This document shows, piece after piece, positions 31,967 to 42,807 of a DNA stretch of 64,000 nt. Source of the stretch: an uncultured Clostridia bacterium (lineage in GTDB: Bacteria > Bacillota > Clostridia > Christensenellales > UBA1242); contig CALWTD010000035.1 of assembly GCA_944384395.1 (NCBI GenBank), positions 565 through 64,564 of the forward strand. The letters are read 5' to 3'. Position numbers and translations under genes: made by a program. The notes beneath the pieces were generated by a model. That model saw only the letters and a list, made by a program, of their open reading frames with translations, was not told the DNA's origin and did no database searches. Position 1 is the first letter of the stretch. Each line of letters begins with the position of its first letter.

Positions 31967-32541
31967 ATTTACCAAACAAATTAAGTATTTTGAGAATATG
32001 TTTTATACCCTTTGTGATGTTTTTTTATTTGCAAAACTTTTGGGAATGGGGAAAAATAGTGGCAGCTGTTTTATTTGTTCTTGCCGTTTTAACCGATACA
32101 TTAGATGGGTATATCGCAAGAAAATATAATATGGTTACAGACCTTGGAAAACTACTTGACACAAACGCAGACAAAATACTTGTTTTATCAGCATTACTTT
32201 TGATTATTTGCGACAATACTTTGCCAGCTCCATATGGTGTTATTGTTGCAACAATAATAATTGGTAGAGATATGGTAATTAGTGCATTTAGACAAATTGC
32301 AGCAACAAAAAATTTTGTTATGGCTGCTGATAAACTTGGAAAAATAAAAGCTATTTTTACAGATATTTCAATGGTCATGTTTATGTTATTAGCATATTTT
32401 TATCAAATTAGGGTAAGTTCATCATTTACAAATGTCTTTGCAATTTGCTGTTATGTTATGATTGCTATAAGTGTTGTGCTTACAATTTGGTCAATGCTTA
32501 ATTATATGATAAAAAATAGAAAGGTATTAAAACAAGACTAA
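31963..32541 (+). CDS. pgsA: CDP-diacylglycerol--glycerol-3-phosphate 3-phosphatidyltransferase
   Basis: CDP-alcohol phosphatidyltransferase motif DTLDGYIARKYN..T.LGKLLDTNADK. Confidence 0.9.
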   Translation: MNLPNKLSILRICFIPFVMFFYLQNFWEWGKIVAAVLFVLAVLTDTLDGYIARKYNMVTDLGKLLDTNADKILVLSALLLIICDNTLPAPYGVIVATIIIGRDMVISAFRQIAATKNFVMAADKLGKIKAIFTDISMVMFMLLAYFYQIRVSSSFTNVFAICCYVMIAISVVLTIWSMLNYMIKNRKVLKQD

Positions 32542-32542
32542 A

Positions 32543-33766
32543 ATGGTTAGTATCTATACTGTTTCAGATAAAGCACTTATGGGAAAACAAATAAATATAT
32601 TGTCTTCTTATATTGCAGAATGTTTTTTTAAAAACAATATAAAAATATCAAAGCAATGTACATTATCTAGCATTGCCAACTTTGATAGTGCAATAAATTG
32701 TGATGAAGATGAAAAGGTATACTTGTTTTTAGTTGATAGGGCAAATTTACAATTAAATGAATATATTTGTTCAAAAACTAATTCTGTTATTATTGATAAT
32801 CCATATTTAAAAAACGCAATTTATGATTATTATAGAAAACTTGGGCAACCTGTTGAAAAAGAAAGTGAAAACGAATGGAAAGTTTCATCACTTGCAAGGG
32901 CAATATTAAATAATAGTGGTTTAATGCAAGGGTATTTGTTAGAATATAACAATACAATATATTGTGTTTTGCCTAGCTACTACGAAGAGGCAAGACAGAT
33001 GTTTGATGATGTTGTTTTAGATTTTATTATATCTAATCAAAAGAAAAAATATAAAAGTTATACATTTAAAACTTTTGGATTAACCGAAAATGTTATATCT
33101 AAAGTTATATTTGAAGAAATAAAGAACAAAGAAAAAGTAACAGTAAATTTATTTTCAAAACCACTTGAAGTTGATATTGTTATAAAATCACTTGTAAACA
33201 ATGAAGAATTAGATAAAATTGCTCAAAAAATTTTAATAAAATTAGACAAATATATTTATTCTGTTGAAGACATACCAATTGAAAAAGTTGTATATAACCT
33301 ATTAAAACTTAATGAGATTAAAGTTAGTTTTGTTGAAGATATAACAAGCGGTGAGTTGTGTTGTAGATTAGTAAAACAGTCAAAAGATGCTAAAAATTAT
33401 ATAGATAATAGTTTAATTGTGTTAAATAAGCAATCAAAGATAAAATATTTAAGTCTTACAGAAAAAGATTTGGAAAATGATAATGGTATTTCTCCAAATG
33501 TTGCATATGAATTGACGGCACAAATGTTAAAACAAACTTCGGCAAATGTTGTTGTTTCAGCAATAGGAAATTTTGAAGAAAACGGCAATCTTCCATATGG
33601 TCTTTGCTATATAGCAGTTGGAGATAGAAGAGAAATTCATGTTTATAAAAATATATTCAAAGGCAATTTACAAGATTTAATAGACAGCGTAGCAGTTGCA
33701 AGTTATTTTTATCTTATTAAAAAATTAAAGAAAAATGATTTTCATTTTGAACAAACTACTGTATAA
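32543..33766 (+). CDS. cinA: CinA-like competence/damage-inducible protein (divergent)
   Basis: Size and position between pgsA and recA fit CinA, and the C-terminal pattern is CinA-like. The canonical AESCTGG motif reads VEDITSG here. Confidence 0.55.
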   Translation: MVSIYTVSDKALMGKQINILSSYIAECFFKNNIKISKQCTLSSIANFDSAINCDEDEKVYLFLVDRANLQLNEYICSKTNSVIIDNPYLKNAIYDYYRKLGQPVEKESENEWKVSSLARAILNNSGLMQGYLLEYNNTIYCVLPSYYEEARQMFDDVVLDFIISNQKKKYKSYTFKTFGLTENVISKVIFEEIKNKEKVTVNLFSKPLEVDIVIKSLVNNEELDKIAQKILIKLDKYIYSVEDIPIEKVVYNLLKLNEIKVSFVEDITSGELCCRLVKQSKDAKNYIDNSLIVLNKQSKIKYLSLTEKDLENDNGISPNVAYELTAQMLKQTSANVVVSAIGNFEENGNLPYGLCYIAVGDRREIHVYKNIFKGNLQDLIDSVAVASYFYLIKKLKKNDFHFEQTTV

Positions 33767-33789
33767 TATAAATGAATTTTGGAGGAAAA

Positions 33790-34776
33790 ATGGACGACAA
33801 TAAGAAAAAACTTTTGGACCAAGCAATATTGCAAATTGAAAAGCAATTCGGCAAAGGCGCAATTATGAAACTTGGTGATGCGCCTGCACAAAAAATAGAT
33901 GTTATCCCATCTGGATGTTTACCACTTGATATTGCACTTGGCATAGGTGGAATTCCAAGAGGTAGAATTATCGAAATATACGGTCCTGAATCATCAGGTA
34001 AAACAACAAGTGCACTTCATATAATAGCAGAAGCACAAAAAATGGGTGGCACTGCTGCCTTTATTGATGCAGAGCACGCACTTGACCCAGTATATGCACA
34101 AAAATTAGGTGTAAATGTTGAAGATTTGTATGTTTCTCAACCAGATAACGGAGAACAGGCACTTGATATTTGCGACACTCTTGTTAGAACGGCAGCAGTT
34201 GATGTTGTTGTTGTAGACTCTGTTGCAGCACTTACGCCAAAGGCAGAAATTGATGGCGACATGGGCGAAAATCACGTTGGCCTTCAAGCAAGACTTATGA
34301 GCCAAGCACTTAGAAAACTTGCAGGTATTGCAAATAAAAGTAAAACTTGCGTAATATTTATTAACCAATTAAGAGAAAAAATTGGCGTTATGTTTGGTTC
34401 ACCTGAAACAACTGCTGGTGGCAAAGCATTAAAGTTTTATGCAAGTATAAGAATGGATGTAAGAAAAATTGATACTATTAAAAATGGTGATGAAATTGTT
34501 GGTAACAGAACAAGAATTAAAATTGTTAAAAACAAACTTGCTCCACCATTTAAAACAGTTGAGTTTGACATAATCTACGGAAAGGGAATATCAAAAACAG
34601 GTTGTATTTTAGACCTTGCAACAGAAATGGGAATTTGTCAAAAAACAGGTTCGTGGTATTCATATAATGACGAAAAAATTGGACAAGGTAGAGAAAATGC
34701 AAAACTTTATCTTCAAAATAATCCTAATATAATGGAAGAAATAGAAAAACAAGTTCGTGAAAAAGCAGGCGTTTAA
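33790..34776 (+). CDS. recA: Recombinase RecA
   Basis: GGAGG RBS before the ATG at 33790, Walker [10 protein letters not shown], and full-length conservation. Confidence 0.97.
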   Translation: MDDNKKKLLDQAILQIEKQFGKGAIMKLGDAPAQKIDVIPSGCLPLDIALGIGGIPRGRIIEIYGPESSGKTTSALHIIAEAQKMGGTAAFIDAEHALDPVYAQKLGVNVEDLYVSQPDNGEQALDICDTLVRTAAVDVVVVDSVAALTPKAEIDGDMGENHVGLQARLMSQALRKLAGIANKSKTCVIFINQLREKIGVMFGSPETTAGGKALKFYASIRMDVRKIDTIKNGDEIVGNRTRIKIVKNKLAPPFKTVEFDIIYGKGISKTGCILDLATEMGICQKTGSWYSYNDEKIGQGRENAKLYLQNNPNIMEEIEKQVREKAGV

Positions 34777-37028
34777 AAATACCATTTGCTATCCTTATTT
34801 GTTTTAATTGTTTTTGTGTTTTTAATAGGCATAAGTTCAACTATATTACTTTTATCGCTGATAATTTCTGTGTTATCAGCGTAATTTTTTATTTTTGTGA
34901 TTATAAAATATTTTGTTTTTTCATCTATATCAAAGGTTTGTGTACACAAGCCTTTTTTGTTTGCCACAACGCTTAAAAGTTCTTCTTTATCGTTGTTTAT
35001 TTTATATAGTTCATAAATTAAATAATCTTGTGCAAAAAATTCTAAAACTGCCTTATCATTTTCTATTTTTCCCGATAAAACAGGTGGTTTGCAACTTATA
35101 AACTTGCTAGATTTTTCTTTTGGTGGATTAAATTTTGAAAACACTTCTTTTACTATATATTTTTCTGGTATGTAATTATTAGCTTTGTAAACAACATGTT
35201 CATCTTCTAAACTTAATTGGTCAATATTTTCATAATATATAGAAGTTGGTCGTTCAAAATTTGTTGGTTTGTTTAATGAATAAATATTTTGCATATAGTT
35301 TTTTACAATGTCCGATGGTTTTCCACCACCAACAGTATCAATTTTTTGGTTATCCACATTTCCAATCCAAACTCCAACAATATCACTTGATGTATACGAA
35401 ATGTTATAAGCATCGGTGTTGTATGTTTGTCCAACAGTTCCTGTTTTTGTTGCAACTTCAAATCTAAGATTGCCAAGTTTTCGTCCTGTTCCTTCTTTTG
35501 CACAAGTTTTAAGCATATCAGTCATAAGATATGCTGAATCTTCCCTTAAAACATTTTTTGGATTTGTTGTATTTCTATAAACAATTTTACCATTTTTATC
35601 AGTTATATAATTTATAAATTTAGGTTCATAAAATTTTCCAAGATTAGGGAATATAGAGTAAGCTCCTGTTAGTTTTTTTAGTGTTGTTCCATATGTCATA
35701 CCACCAAGCGCCAAACCTAAATTGTTATCTTTTTCATCAAAAGTGATGCCACATTTTTCTGCATAAGATTTTGCTTTTTTTGTTCCAACATAACTTAAAA
35801 CTTTAACAGCAGGAATGTTGAGTGATTTGCTAACACTTTCTCTAACAGAAACAAAACCACTGTATGTATCATTTACATTTGATGGTGAATAACCATTTAT
35901 ATCAATTTTTTCATCATTGATTTGTGTTAGTGGAGAAATTATGTTTTCATTTAATGCAGGTGCATAAACAAGTATTGGTTTTATAGCTGAACCAGGTTGT
36001 CTTCGTGCTGAAAATAGTTTTATTTTAGAGTTGCCTTCGTATGCCTCAATATGTCCGTTTGTAGAAATAGAAATTCCTGCATAATCATTATTGTCACCAT
36101 AATACGACAAACTTTTAGACATGCTTTCTTGTTTATTTTTATCGTAGTAAGTATATATTTTGTATTCACCAATTGCAATTTGCTTTATTGGCATATTTAA
36201 AATTTCGCTAGCTTCATCTAAACATGCAAATGTGTATGAATTTAACGAATTATTTGCAAGGGGAGTGATATTAGTTTCAATTTTTGATAGTTTAGCACTA
36301 TTATAAGTTTCAAAATCAATTTTGTTGTCTTTAAGCATTTCATTTAATACAACATTTCGTCTTTGAGTTGTTTTTTCAATGTTTTTTATTGGTGAATAGG
36401 TGTTTGGTGATTTAATCATTCCAGCCAGTGTTGCACTTTCAGCGAGAGTAAGGTCTTTTGCGTGTTTTGAAAAATAGTGCAAACTTGCATTTTCAATGCC
36501 ATAACAATTATCTCCAAAATATATTATGTTTAAGTAGTATTCTAAAATTTGTTCCTTTGTTAAGTTTTTTTCCAGTTCTTTTGCAAGCACAATTTCATTG
36601 ATTTTTCTTGTAAATGTTTTTTCGTTTGTAAGGTGAGTGTTTTTAATTAGTTGTTGGGTTATTGTTGAAGCACCTTCTTTAATTTTAAACGATGTTATAT
36701 TTTTTATCATAGCAGAAATCATACGTTTGTAATTTAAACCATTATGATTATAAAAATCTTTGTCTTCAATAGAAATAAAAGCTTGTGGTGTGTAGTCGTG
36801 CAAGGTGTTTAATTTAACGAAATTAGTTCCTATGTTATCATCTTTAATTGGACAATTATTTTTGTCATACATTTCAACGTACGAACTAGAATATTTTATT
36901 TTGTTTATATCAAATTTTACTTTATCTGAAAAAAGATATGTTAAACCTATAATGATTGAAGCAGTAGCAACAACAACTAATAGTGCTATAAATATAGATA
37001 TAAAAATTCTTTTTATTGTCCTTTTCAT
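34773..37028 (-). CDS. Class A (PBP1A-family) penicillin-binding protein, transglycosylase/transpeptidase
   Basis: GT51 motifs [16 protein letters not shown] and GASTITQQL. Transpeptidase motifs SAIK, SLN and KTGT. N-terminal TM anchor. Confidence 0.9.
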   Translation of the reverse strand: MKRTIKRIFISIFIALLVVVATASIIIGLTYLFSDKVKFDINKIKYSSSYVEMYDKNNCPIKDDNIGTNFVKLNTLHDYTPQAFISIEDKDFYNHNGLNYKRMISAMIKNITSFKIKEGASTITQQLIKNTHLTNEKTFTRKINEIVLAKELEKNLTKEQILEYYLNIIYFGDNCYGIENASLHYFSKHAKDLTLAESATLAGMIKSPNTYSPIKNIEKTTQRRNVVLNEMLKDNKIDFETYNSAKLSKIETNITPLANNSLNSYTFACLDEASEILNMPIKQIAIGEYKIYTYYDKNKQESMSKSLSYYGDNNDYAGISISTNGHIEAYEGNSKIKLFSARRQPGSAIKPILVYAPALNENIISPLTQINDEKIDINGYSPSNVNDTYSGFVSVRESVSKSLNIPAVKVLSYVGTKKAKSYAEKCGITFDEKDNNLGLALGGMTYGTTLKKLTGAYSIFPNLGKFYEPKFINYITDKNGKIVYRNTTNPKNVLREDSAYLMTDMLKTCAKEGTGRKLGNLRFEVATKTGTVGQTYNTDAYNISYTSSDIVGVWIGNVDNQKIDTVGGGKPSDIVKNYMQNIYSLNKPTNFERPTSIYYENIDQLSLEDEHVVYKANNYIPEKYIVKEVFSKFNPPKEKSSKFISCKPPVLSGKIENDKAVLEFFAQDYLIYELYKINNDKEELLSVVANKKGLCTQTFDIDEKTKYFIITKIKNYADNTEIISDKSNIVELMPIKNTKTIKTNKDSKWYF

Positions 37029-37141
37029 ACCTATTTATTATGAGTATTTATTGTGTAATTATCATTAAATATTAAAAATTTATTTTTTTATTGTAAAAGT
37101 GTGGTATTATATAGTATAATATTATGTTAAATGGAGTAAAA

Positions 37142-38269
37142 ATGCAATATCATATAGTTACATATGGCTGTCAAATGAATGTTCATGAGTCTGAAAAAAT
37201 AGCAGGTATTCTTCAAAAAATGGGATATACATACACTGATAAAAGAAAAGATGCCGATGTTATTGTTTTTAACACATGTGCAATAAGAGAAGGTGCAGAA
37301 GATAGAGCTTTTGGTAATATTGGAGCACTTAAACAGCAAAAAAAAGAAAATCCAAATAAAATTATAGTTGTTTGTGGTTGTATGACACAACAAAAAAGTG
37401 TTGCTGAAAAGATTTTTAATACATTTCCTTTTGTTGATATTATTCTTGGCACACACAATCTTTTTATGCTTGAAAGTTTAATAAAAAGAAAAATAGCCAA
37501 CAGAAAAAGAATCCTTGACTATTTGGACGAAACAAATATTGTGGAGGGATTGCCATGTTATAGAACAAGTGGAAAAAATGCTTGGGTCAATATCATGTAT
37601 GGTTGCAATAATTTTTGTACATATTGCATAGTTCCATATGTAAGAGGTAGAGAAATCAGCAGAAAGAAACAGGATATTTTAAATGAAATAAAAGAAATAG
37701 TTAGCACAAACAATTATGATACAATAACACTATTAGGACAAAATGTTAATTCATATGGAAGTGATGATGTTTCACAAGGTACTTTTAGTGAGTTGCTGCA
37801 AGATATATGCAATATTGAAGGTGATTTTCAACTTACATTCATGACATCACATCCAAAAGATTTAAGTGATGATTTAATTAGTGTTATGAAAGAAAACGAT
37901 AAAATAATTAAAGAAATTCATTTGCCTGTTCAAAGTGGAAGCAATAAAATACTAAAACTTATGAACAGAAAATATACGGTAGAGCATTATTTAAGTTTAA
38001 TTGAAAAATTAAGACAAGCTATGCCAAATATACGAATTACAACAGATATAATTGTAGGTTTTCCGCAAGAAACTGAAGAAGATTTTAATCAAACTGTCCA
38101 ACTGGTAAAATCTGTAAAATATGACGGAATATTTGCTTTTATGTATTCAAAACGAAGTGGCACAGTTGCCGAAAAAATGGACGGACAAGTTGATGATGAA
38201 ATAAAAAACAAAAGAGTAAATTATCTTTTGAATTTAGAAAAAGAAATCAAAGCACAAAAGGGGAAATAA
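37142..38269 (+). CDS. miaB: tRNA-i6A37 methylthiotransferase MiaB lacking the C-terminal TRAM domain
   Basis: N-terminal YHIVTYGCQMN and radical SAM GCNNFCTYC motifs, in a miaB-mutS-mutL-miaA context. The protein ends right after the radical SAM domain and the mutS ATG overlaps its stop. Confidence 0.82.
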   Translation: MQYHIVTYGCQMNVHESEKIAGILQKMGYTYTDKRKDADVIVFNTCAIREGAEDRAFGNIGALKQQKKENPNKIIVVCGCMTQQKSVAEKIFNTFPFVDIILGTHNLFMLESLIKRKIANRKRILDYLDETNIVEGLPCYRTSGKNAWVNIMYGCNNFCTYCIVPYVRGREISRKKQDILNEIKEIVSTNNYDTITLLGQNVNSYGSDDVSQGTFSELLQDICNIEGDFQLTFMTSHPKDLSDDLISVMKENDKIIKEIHLPVQSGSNKILKLMNRKYTVEHYLSLIEKLRQAMPNIRITTDIIVGFPQETEEDFNQTVQLVKSVKYDGIFAFMYSKRSGTVAEKMDGQVDDEIKNKRVNYLLNLEKEIKAQKGK

Positions 38270-40896
38270 TGGATTTAAAAACAATTATAGATGATAAAAA
38301 ACTATCACCAATGATTAGGCAATATATACAAACAAAACTAGAATACGAAGATGCTGTTTTGTTTTACCGTTTAGGTGATTTTTATGAGTTGTTTTTTGAT
38401 GATGCTGTTGAAATGTCAAAAATATTAGATTTGACACTAACAGGAAAAGATTGTGGACTTGATGAAAGAGCACCAATGTGTGGCATACCTTATCATGCGG
38501 CGGAATCTTATATAAACAAACTTATTTCACTTGGTTACAAAGTTGCAATTTGTGAACAAACAACAGATGCAAAAGATAAATCAAATTATAAAGACCTAGT
38601 AAAAAGAGAAGTAGTTCGTGTTGTAACTCCGGGAACAATTATTGATGAAAGTTTGTTAGACGCAAAAAGAAATAATTATCTTGCTTGTATTTATCAAAAA
38701 GATAAGTGTATAGGCTTTTCCTATATTGAAATTACAACAGGAGAGTTTAAAACTATCGAATTTATTGGTGAAGATAGATACAAAAGTTTAAATGATATTC
38801 TTGTAAGAATTCAACCATCTGAAATATTATGTAACACAGACGAAACTTTTGAAGACGATTTGTTGGTTAGAAAACTTGAAATTGCACCAAAATTTTCTTA
38901 TGATAATGAAAGTTTTTACGATGTAAATGTTGCAGATGAAATATTATCTAACCAATTTAGTTTAAATTATAAACAAATATTCGGCTTAAATAAAATGCCT
39001 TATGCGACTATTAGTTGTGGTGCGCTTTTAAAGTATGTAAAAGAAACGCAAAAAAGAGATTTGAGTCATTTAAACACAATTTTAAAAGTAAACAATGAAA
39101 AATTTATGGTGCTTGACATAAACACAAGGCGTAATTTAGAAATTATGGAAACACTAAAAGATAGACGAAAAAAAGGTGCTCTTATTGGTGTTTTAGACAA
39201 AACAAAAACATCAATGGGTGCAAGAATGTTACGCTCATGGATAGAACAACCACTATACGATGTTAAAGAAATAAATTTAAGACTTGATAGTGTTGAAGAA
39301 CTTTGTTCTAAACTTATGGTAAGAGATAATTTAAAGGACTTATTAAATAAAATCAATGACATTGAAAGAATTTGTGGCAGAATAAGTTATGGAAATTTTA
39401 CACCAAAAGATTGTTTATCGCTTAATAACTCTTTAAGTTTATTACCACAAATAAAAAATGCAATTTCTTCTTGTAATGCAGATTTAATTAAACAAATTTC
39501 ACAAGAAATTGCCGACTTTAAAGATTTAACAAAAGAACTTGAAAATGCCATTATTGATAATCCACCAACACTTTTAACAAATGGTGGTTTTATAAAAGAT
39601 GGATATAACAGTGAATTAGACCAATATAGACTTGCATACAAAAAAGGCAAAGAGTGGATAAATCAATATGAATTAAAGGAAAAAGAAACAACTGGTATTA
39701 AAAATTTAAAGGTTGGTTTCAATAAAATTTATGGGTATTATATTGAAGTAAATAAATCACTTTTAATGAATGTTCCTCTTTATTATGCAAGAAAACAAAC
39801 TGTTGCAAACAATGAGCGTTTTGTTACTGAAGAATTAAAAAAACTTGAAGAAAAAATATTGGGTGCAGAAGAAAATTCAATACGACTTGAACAAAAATTA
39901 TTTAACCAAATAAGAACAAAATTGCTTTCTTATGTTAAGGATATTCAAAAAACATCAGTTGCTATTGCAAAATTGGATTGTTTATTGTCGTTTAGTGAAC
40001 TTGCAACAAAAAACAATTACACAAAACCAAAAGTTTCAAACAAAACAAATGTTATAAACATTATAGACGGACGACACCCAGTTGTTGAAGATATATTCAA
40101 AAATGAGCAATTTATTCCAAACAATACATATCTTGACACAAACGAAAGTAAAACAATGATTATAACAGGTCCAAATATGGCAGGAAAAAGCACGTATATG
40201 CGTCAAGTTGCTTTAATTACTCTTATGGCTCATATGGGTTGTTTTGTTCCAGCAAAACAGGCAGAAATTTCTCTTACGGACCGAATTTTTACAAGAGTTG
40301 GTGCAAGTGATGATTTGGCACTCGGTCAATCAACATTTATGGTTGAAATGATGGAAGTCGCAAATATATTAAACAATGCAACCAATAAAAGTTTAATAGT
40401 TTTGGACGAAATAGGAAGAGGAACAAGCACTTTTGACGGATTGTCAATTGCTTGGAGTGTTGTTGAATATGTTTCAAATCATATGAGCGCAAAAACATTA
40501 TTTTCCACTCATTATCATGAACTTACTGAACTTGAAAACTTTTTGCCAGGTGTTAAAAATTATAAAATATCCGTTAAAGAATTAAATGGTAATATAGTTT
40601 TTTTGCGTAAAATTGTTCGTGGTGGTGCTTCTAGAAGTTTTGGAATTGAAGTTGCAGCGCTTGCAGGCGTTCCACAAGAAGTAATAAAAAGAGCAAAAGA
40701 AATTTCAAATATGCTAGAGCAAAATGATTCTGCAAAAAACTTAGCACTAAAAGCATCAAAAGATATAGAAAAAACAAAACAAAAAGATGCAAATTACACC
40801 GAAGTTATAGGCATTTTAAAAGATATAGACATAAACACAATGTCGCCAATATCTGCATTTGAAACTCTTTGCGATTTGGTTACAAAAGTAAAATAA
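38269..40896 (+). CDS. mutS: DNA mismatch repair protein MutS
   Basis: N-terminal SPMIRQY..FYRLGDFYELFFDDA, Walker A GPNMAGKST, and DEIGRGTSTFDG. Confidence 0.97.
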   Translation: MDLKTIIDDKKLSPMIRQYIQTKLEYEDAVLFYRLGDFYELFFDDAVEMSKILDLTLTGKDCGLDERAPMCGIPYHAAESYINKLISLGYKVAICEQTTDAKDKSNYKDLVKREVVRVVTPGTIIDESLLDAKRNNYLACIYQKDKCIGFSYIEITTGEFKTIEFIGEDRYKSLNDILVRIQPSEILCNTDETFEDDLLVRKLEIAPKFSYDNESFYDVNVADEILSNQFSLNYKQIFGLNKMPYATISCGALLKYVKETQKRDLSHLNTILKVNNEKFMVLDINTRRNLEIMETLKDRRKKGALIGVLDKTKTSMGARMLRSWIEQPLYDVKEINLRLDSVEELCSKLMVRDNLKDLLNKINDIERICGRISYGNFTPKDCLSLNNSLSLLPQIKNAISSCNADLIKQISQEIADFKDLTKELENAIIDNPPTLLTNGGFIKDGYNSELDQYRLAYKKGKEWINQYELKEKETTGIKNLKVGFNKIYGYYIEVNKSLLMNVPLYYARKQTVANNERFVTEELKKLEEKILGAEENSIRLEQKLFNQIRTKLLSYVKDIQKTSVAIAKLDCLLSFSELATKNNYTKPKVSNKTNVINIIDGRHPVVEDIFKNEQFIPNNTYLDTNESKTMIITGPNMAGKSTYMRQVALITLMAHMGCFVPAKQAEISLTDRIFTRVGASDDLALGQSTFMVEMMEVANILNNATNKSLIVLDEIGRGTSTFDGLSIAWSVVEYVSNHMSAKTLFSTHYHELTELENFLPGVKNYKISVKELNGNIVFLRKIVRGGASRSFGIEVAALAGVPQEVIKRAKEISNMLEQNDSAKNLALKASKDIEKTKQKDANYTEVIGILKDIDINTMSPISAFETLCDLVTKVK

Positions 40897-40908
40897 AAGG
40901 ATGAAAAA

Positions 40909-42807
40909 ATGGCTAATATTAAGATATTAGATAAATCTGTTTGGACAAAAATTGCAGCAGGCGAGGTTGTTGAAAAACCTGCATCAATTGTAAAAGAACT
41001 TGTTGAAAATAGTATTGATGCAAAAGCGAAAAATATCACCATTGAAATTAAAAATGGTGGTATTGATATGATTATGATACAAGATGATGGTTGTGGAATT
41101 GAAAAAGATGAAATTAAACTTGCTTTTGTTGCTCACGCAACGAGTAAACTTCAATCAATTGATGATTTGTTTTCTTTAAAATCAATGGGATTTAGGGGGG
41201 AAGCACTTGCAAGCATTTGTGCAGTATCAAATGTTGAAATAATAACCAAAACAGAAAATGAAGAAATTGGACATAAATTGACACTTGAAGGTGGCGAAGA
41301 AAAAGAATTTAATGAAATCGCTTGTGTTACAGGAACACAAATAAAAGTTTCAAAATTGTTTTTTAACACTCCAGCAAGAGCAAAATTTTTAAGAAAACCA
41401 AAAACCGAAGAAAATGATATAACAAGTTATGTTGAAAAACTGATGCTAAGTCATAGCAATATAAATTTTAAATATATTGTTGATGATAAATTGATATATA
41501 ATACCACAAATTGTAGTTTAATTGACACAATATACACAATATATGGTAAAAATATAGCAAATAATATGATTGAAGTAAATTACAGTCGTGGAGATTATAA
41601 AGTTAGTGGATATATTTCAAAACCAACAGTTTGCAAAAGTAATAGAACTTATCAATCACTTTTTGTGAACAATAGATATTGTATTAATCAACTAATTAGT
41701 GCCAGCGTTTCTAATGCGTATGAAACATTTTTAATGAAAGGAAAATTCCCAGTTTATGTATTATTTTTAACAATGCCACAAGATAGTTTAGATGTAAATG
41801 TTCACCCAAATAAACTTGAAGTTAAATTTGAAAATTCACAATTAATTTATAGTTTATTCAATAATGCAGTTTACCAAACATTAACAAATCAAACGCATAT
41901 TTTAGAAGCTGAAAGTGATGATATTAAAGAAATTGAACGACCACTGCAAAATAATAATGCAAACTTTTTTGAATTTAACAAAGTAAAACCAAATGAAGGA
42001 ATAAGTTATAGTGAAGACGATTCTTTTGAAATTAAAAACAATAATTATGTTTCAAAAGAACACTTTGTTGATAAAGTATATTTAAAAAGTGAGCCTATTA
42101 TTTTTGAACAAAGTACACAAAGTTCAATAATTCCAGAAGTATATGTTGAAGGTATGGAAATAAAAAAACCAAGTGAACCATATATTTTTGAAAAAAAACA
42201 AGATGATAAAAAAATTTATGAAAATTTGTTTAGTCCAACAAGGACTGTTGTTGGTGTTGCATTTAATACATACATAATTGTTCAAGAAGAAGAAACATTA
42301 TACTTTATTGACCAACATGCAGCGCACGAAAGAGAGCTTTTTGATAAGTTTATGGGGCAAGTAGAAAATCAAGATGTTCCAATGCAAGATTTACTGGTGC
42401 CTTATATATTGAATTTAAACGATGTCGAATATGAATTTATTACGCAAAATCTTGAACTATTAAAAAACTATGGTTTTGAAATTGATGAATTTGGGAAAAA
42501 TTGTTACAGAATAACAAGTATACCCATGCTTTTAAACGGAATAGACCTTAAAGAATATTTTGACAGTATTCTTTCAAATTTAAGTGGAAACATAAAAAAA
42601 CCTCATGAAATACTTCGAAATGATTTTGCTACAATGGCATGCAAAGCAGCCGTAAAAGGTGGAAACAAACTTAGTGAAAATGAGATAAATATTCTTTTAG
42701 ACAAACTAAAAGAAAACCATAACACACTTTTATGCCCACATGGCAGACCAATTGTTATAACATTTGATAAAAAACAAATAGAAAAAATGTTTAAAAGGAT
42801 TGTATAA
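40909..42807 (+). CDS. mutL: DNA mismatch repair protein MutL
   Basis: GHKL ATPase motifs (VVEKPASIVKELVENSIDA, DDGCGI, GFRGEAL) and the C-terminal endonuclease motif DQHAAHERELF. Confidence 0.96.
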   Translation: MANIKILDKSVWTKIAAGEVVEKPASIVKELVENSIDAKAKNITIEIKNGGIDMIMIQDDGCGIEKDEIKLAFVAHATSKLQSIDDLFSLKSMGFRGEALASICAVSNVEIITKTENEEIGHKLTLEGGEEKEFNEIACVTGTQIKVSKLFFNTPARAKFLRKPKTEENDITSYVEKLMLSHSNINFKYIVDDKLIYNTTNCSLIDTIYTIYGKNIANNMIEVNYSRGDYKVSGYISKPTVCKSNRTYQSLFVNNRYCINQLISASVSNAYETFLMKGKFPVYVLFLTMPQDSLDVNVHPNKLEVKFENSQLIYSLFNNAVYQTLTNQTHILEAESDDIKEIERPLQNNNANFFEFNKVKPNEGISYSEDDSFEIKNNNYVSKEHFVDKVYLKSEPIIFEQSTQSSIIPEVYVEGMEIKKPSEPYIFEKKQDDKKIYENLFSPTRTVVGVAFNTYIIVQEEETLYFIDQHAAHERELFDKFMGQVENQDVPMQDLLVPYILNLNDVEYEFITQNLELLKNYGFEIDEFGKNCYRITSIPMLLNGIDLKEYFDSILSNLSGNIKKPHEILRNDFATMACKAAVKGGNKLSENEINILLDKLKENHNTLLCPHGRPIVITFDKKQIEKMFKRIV

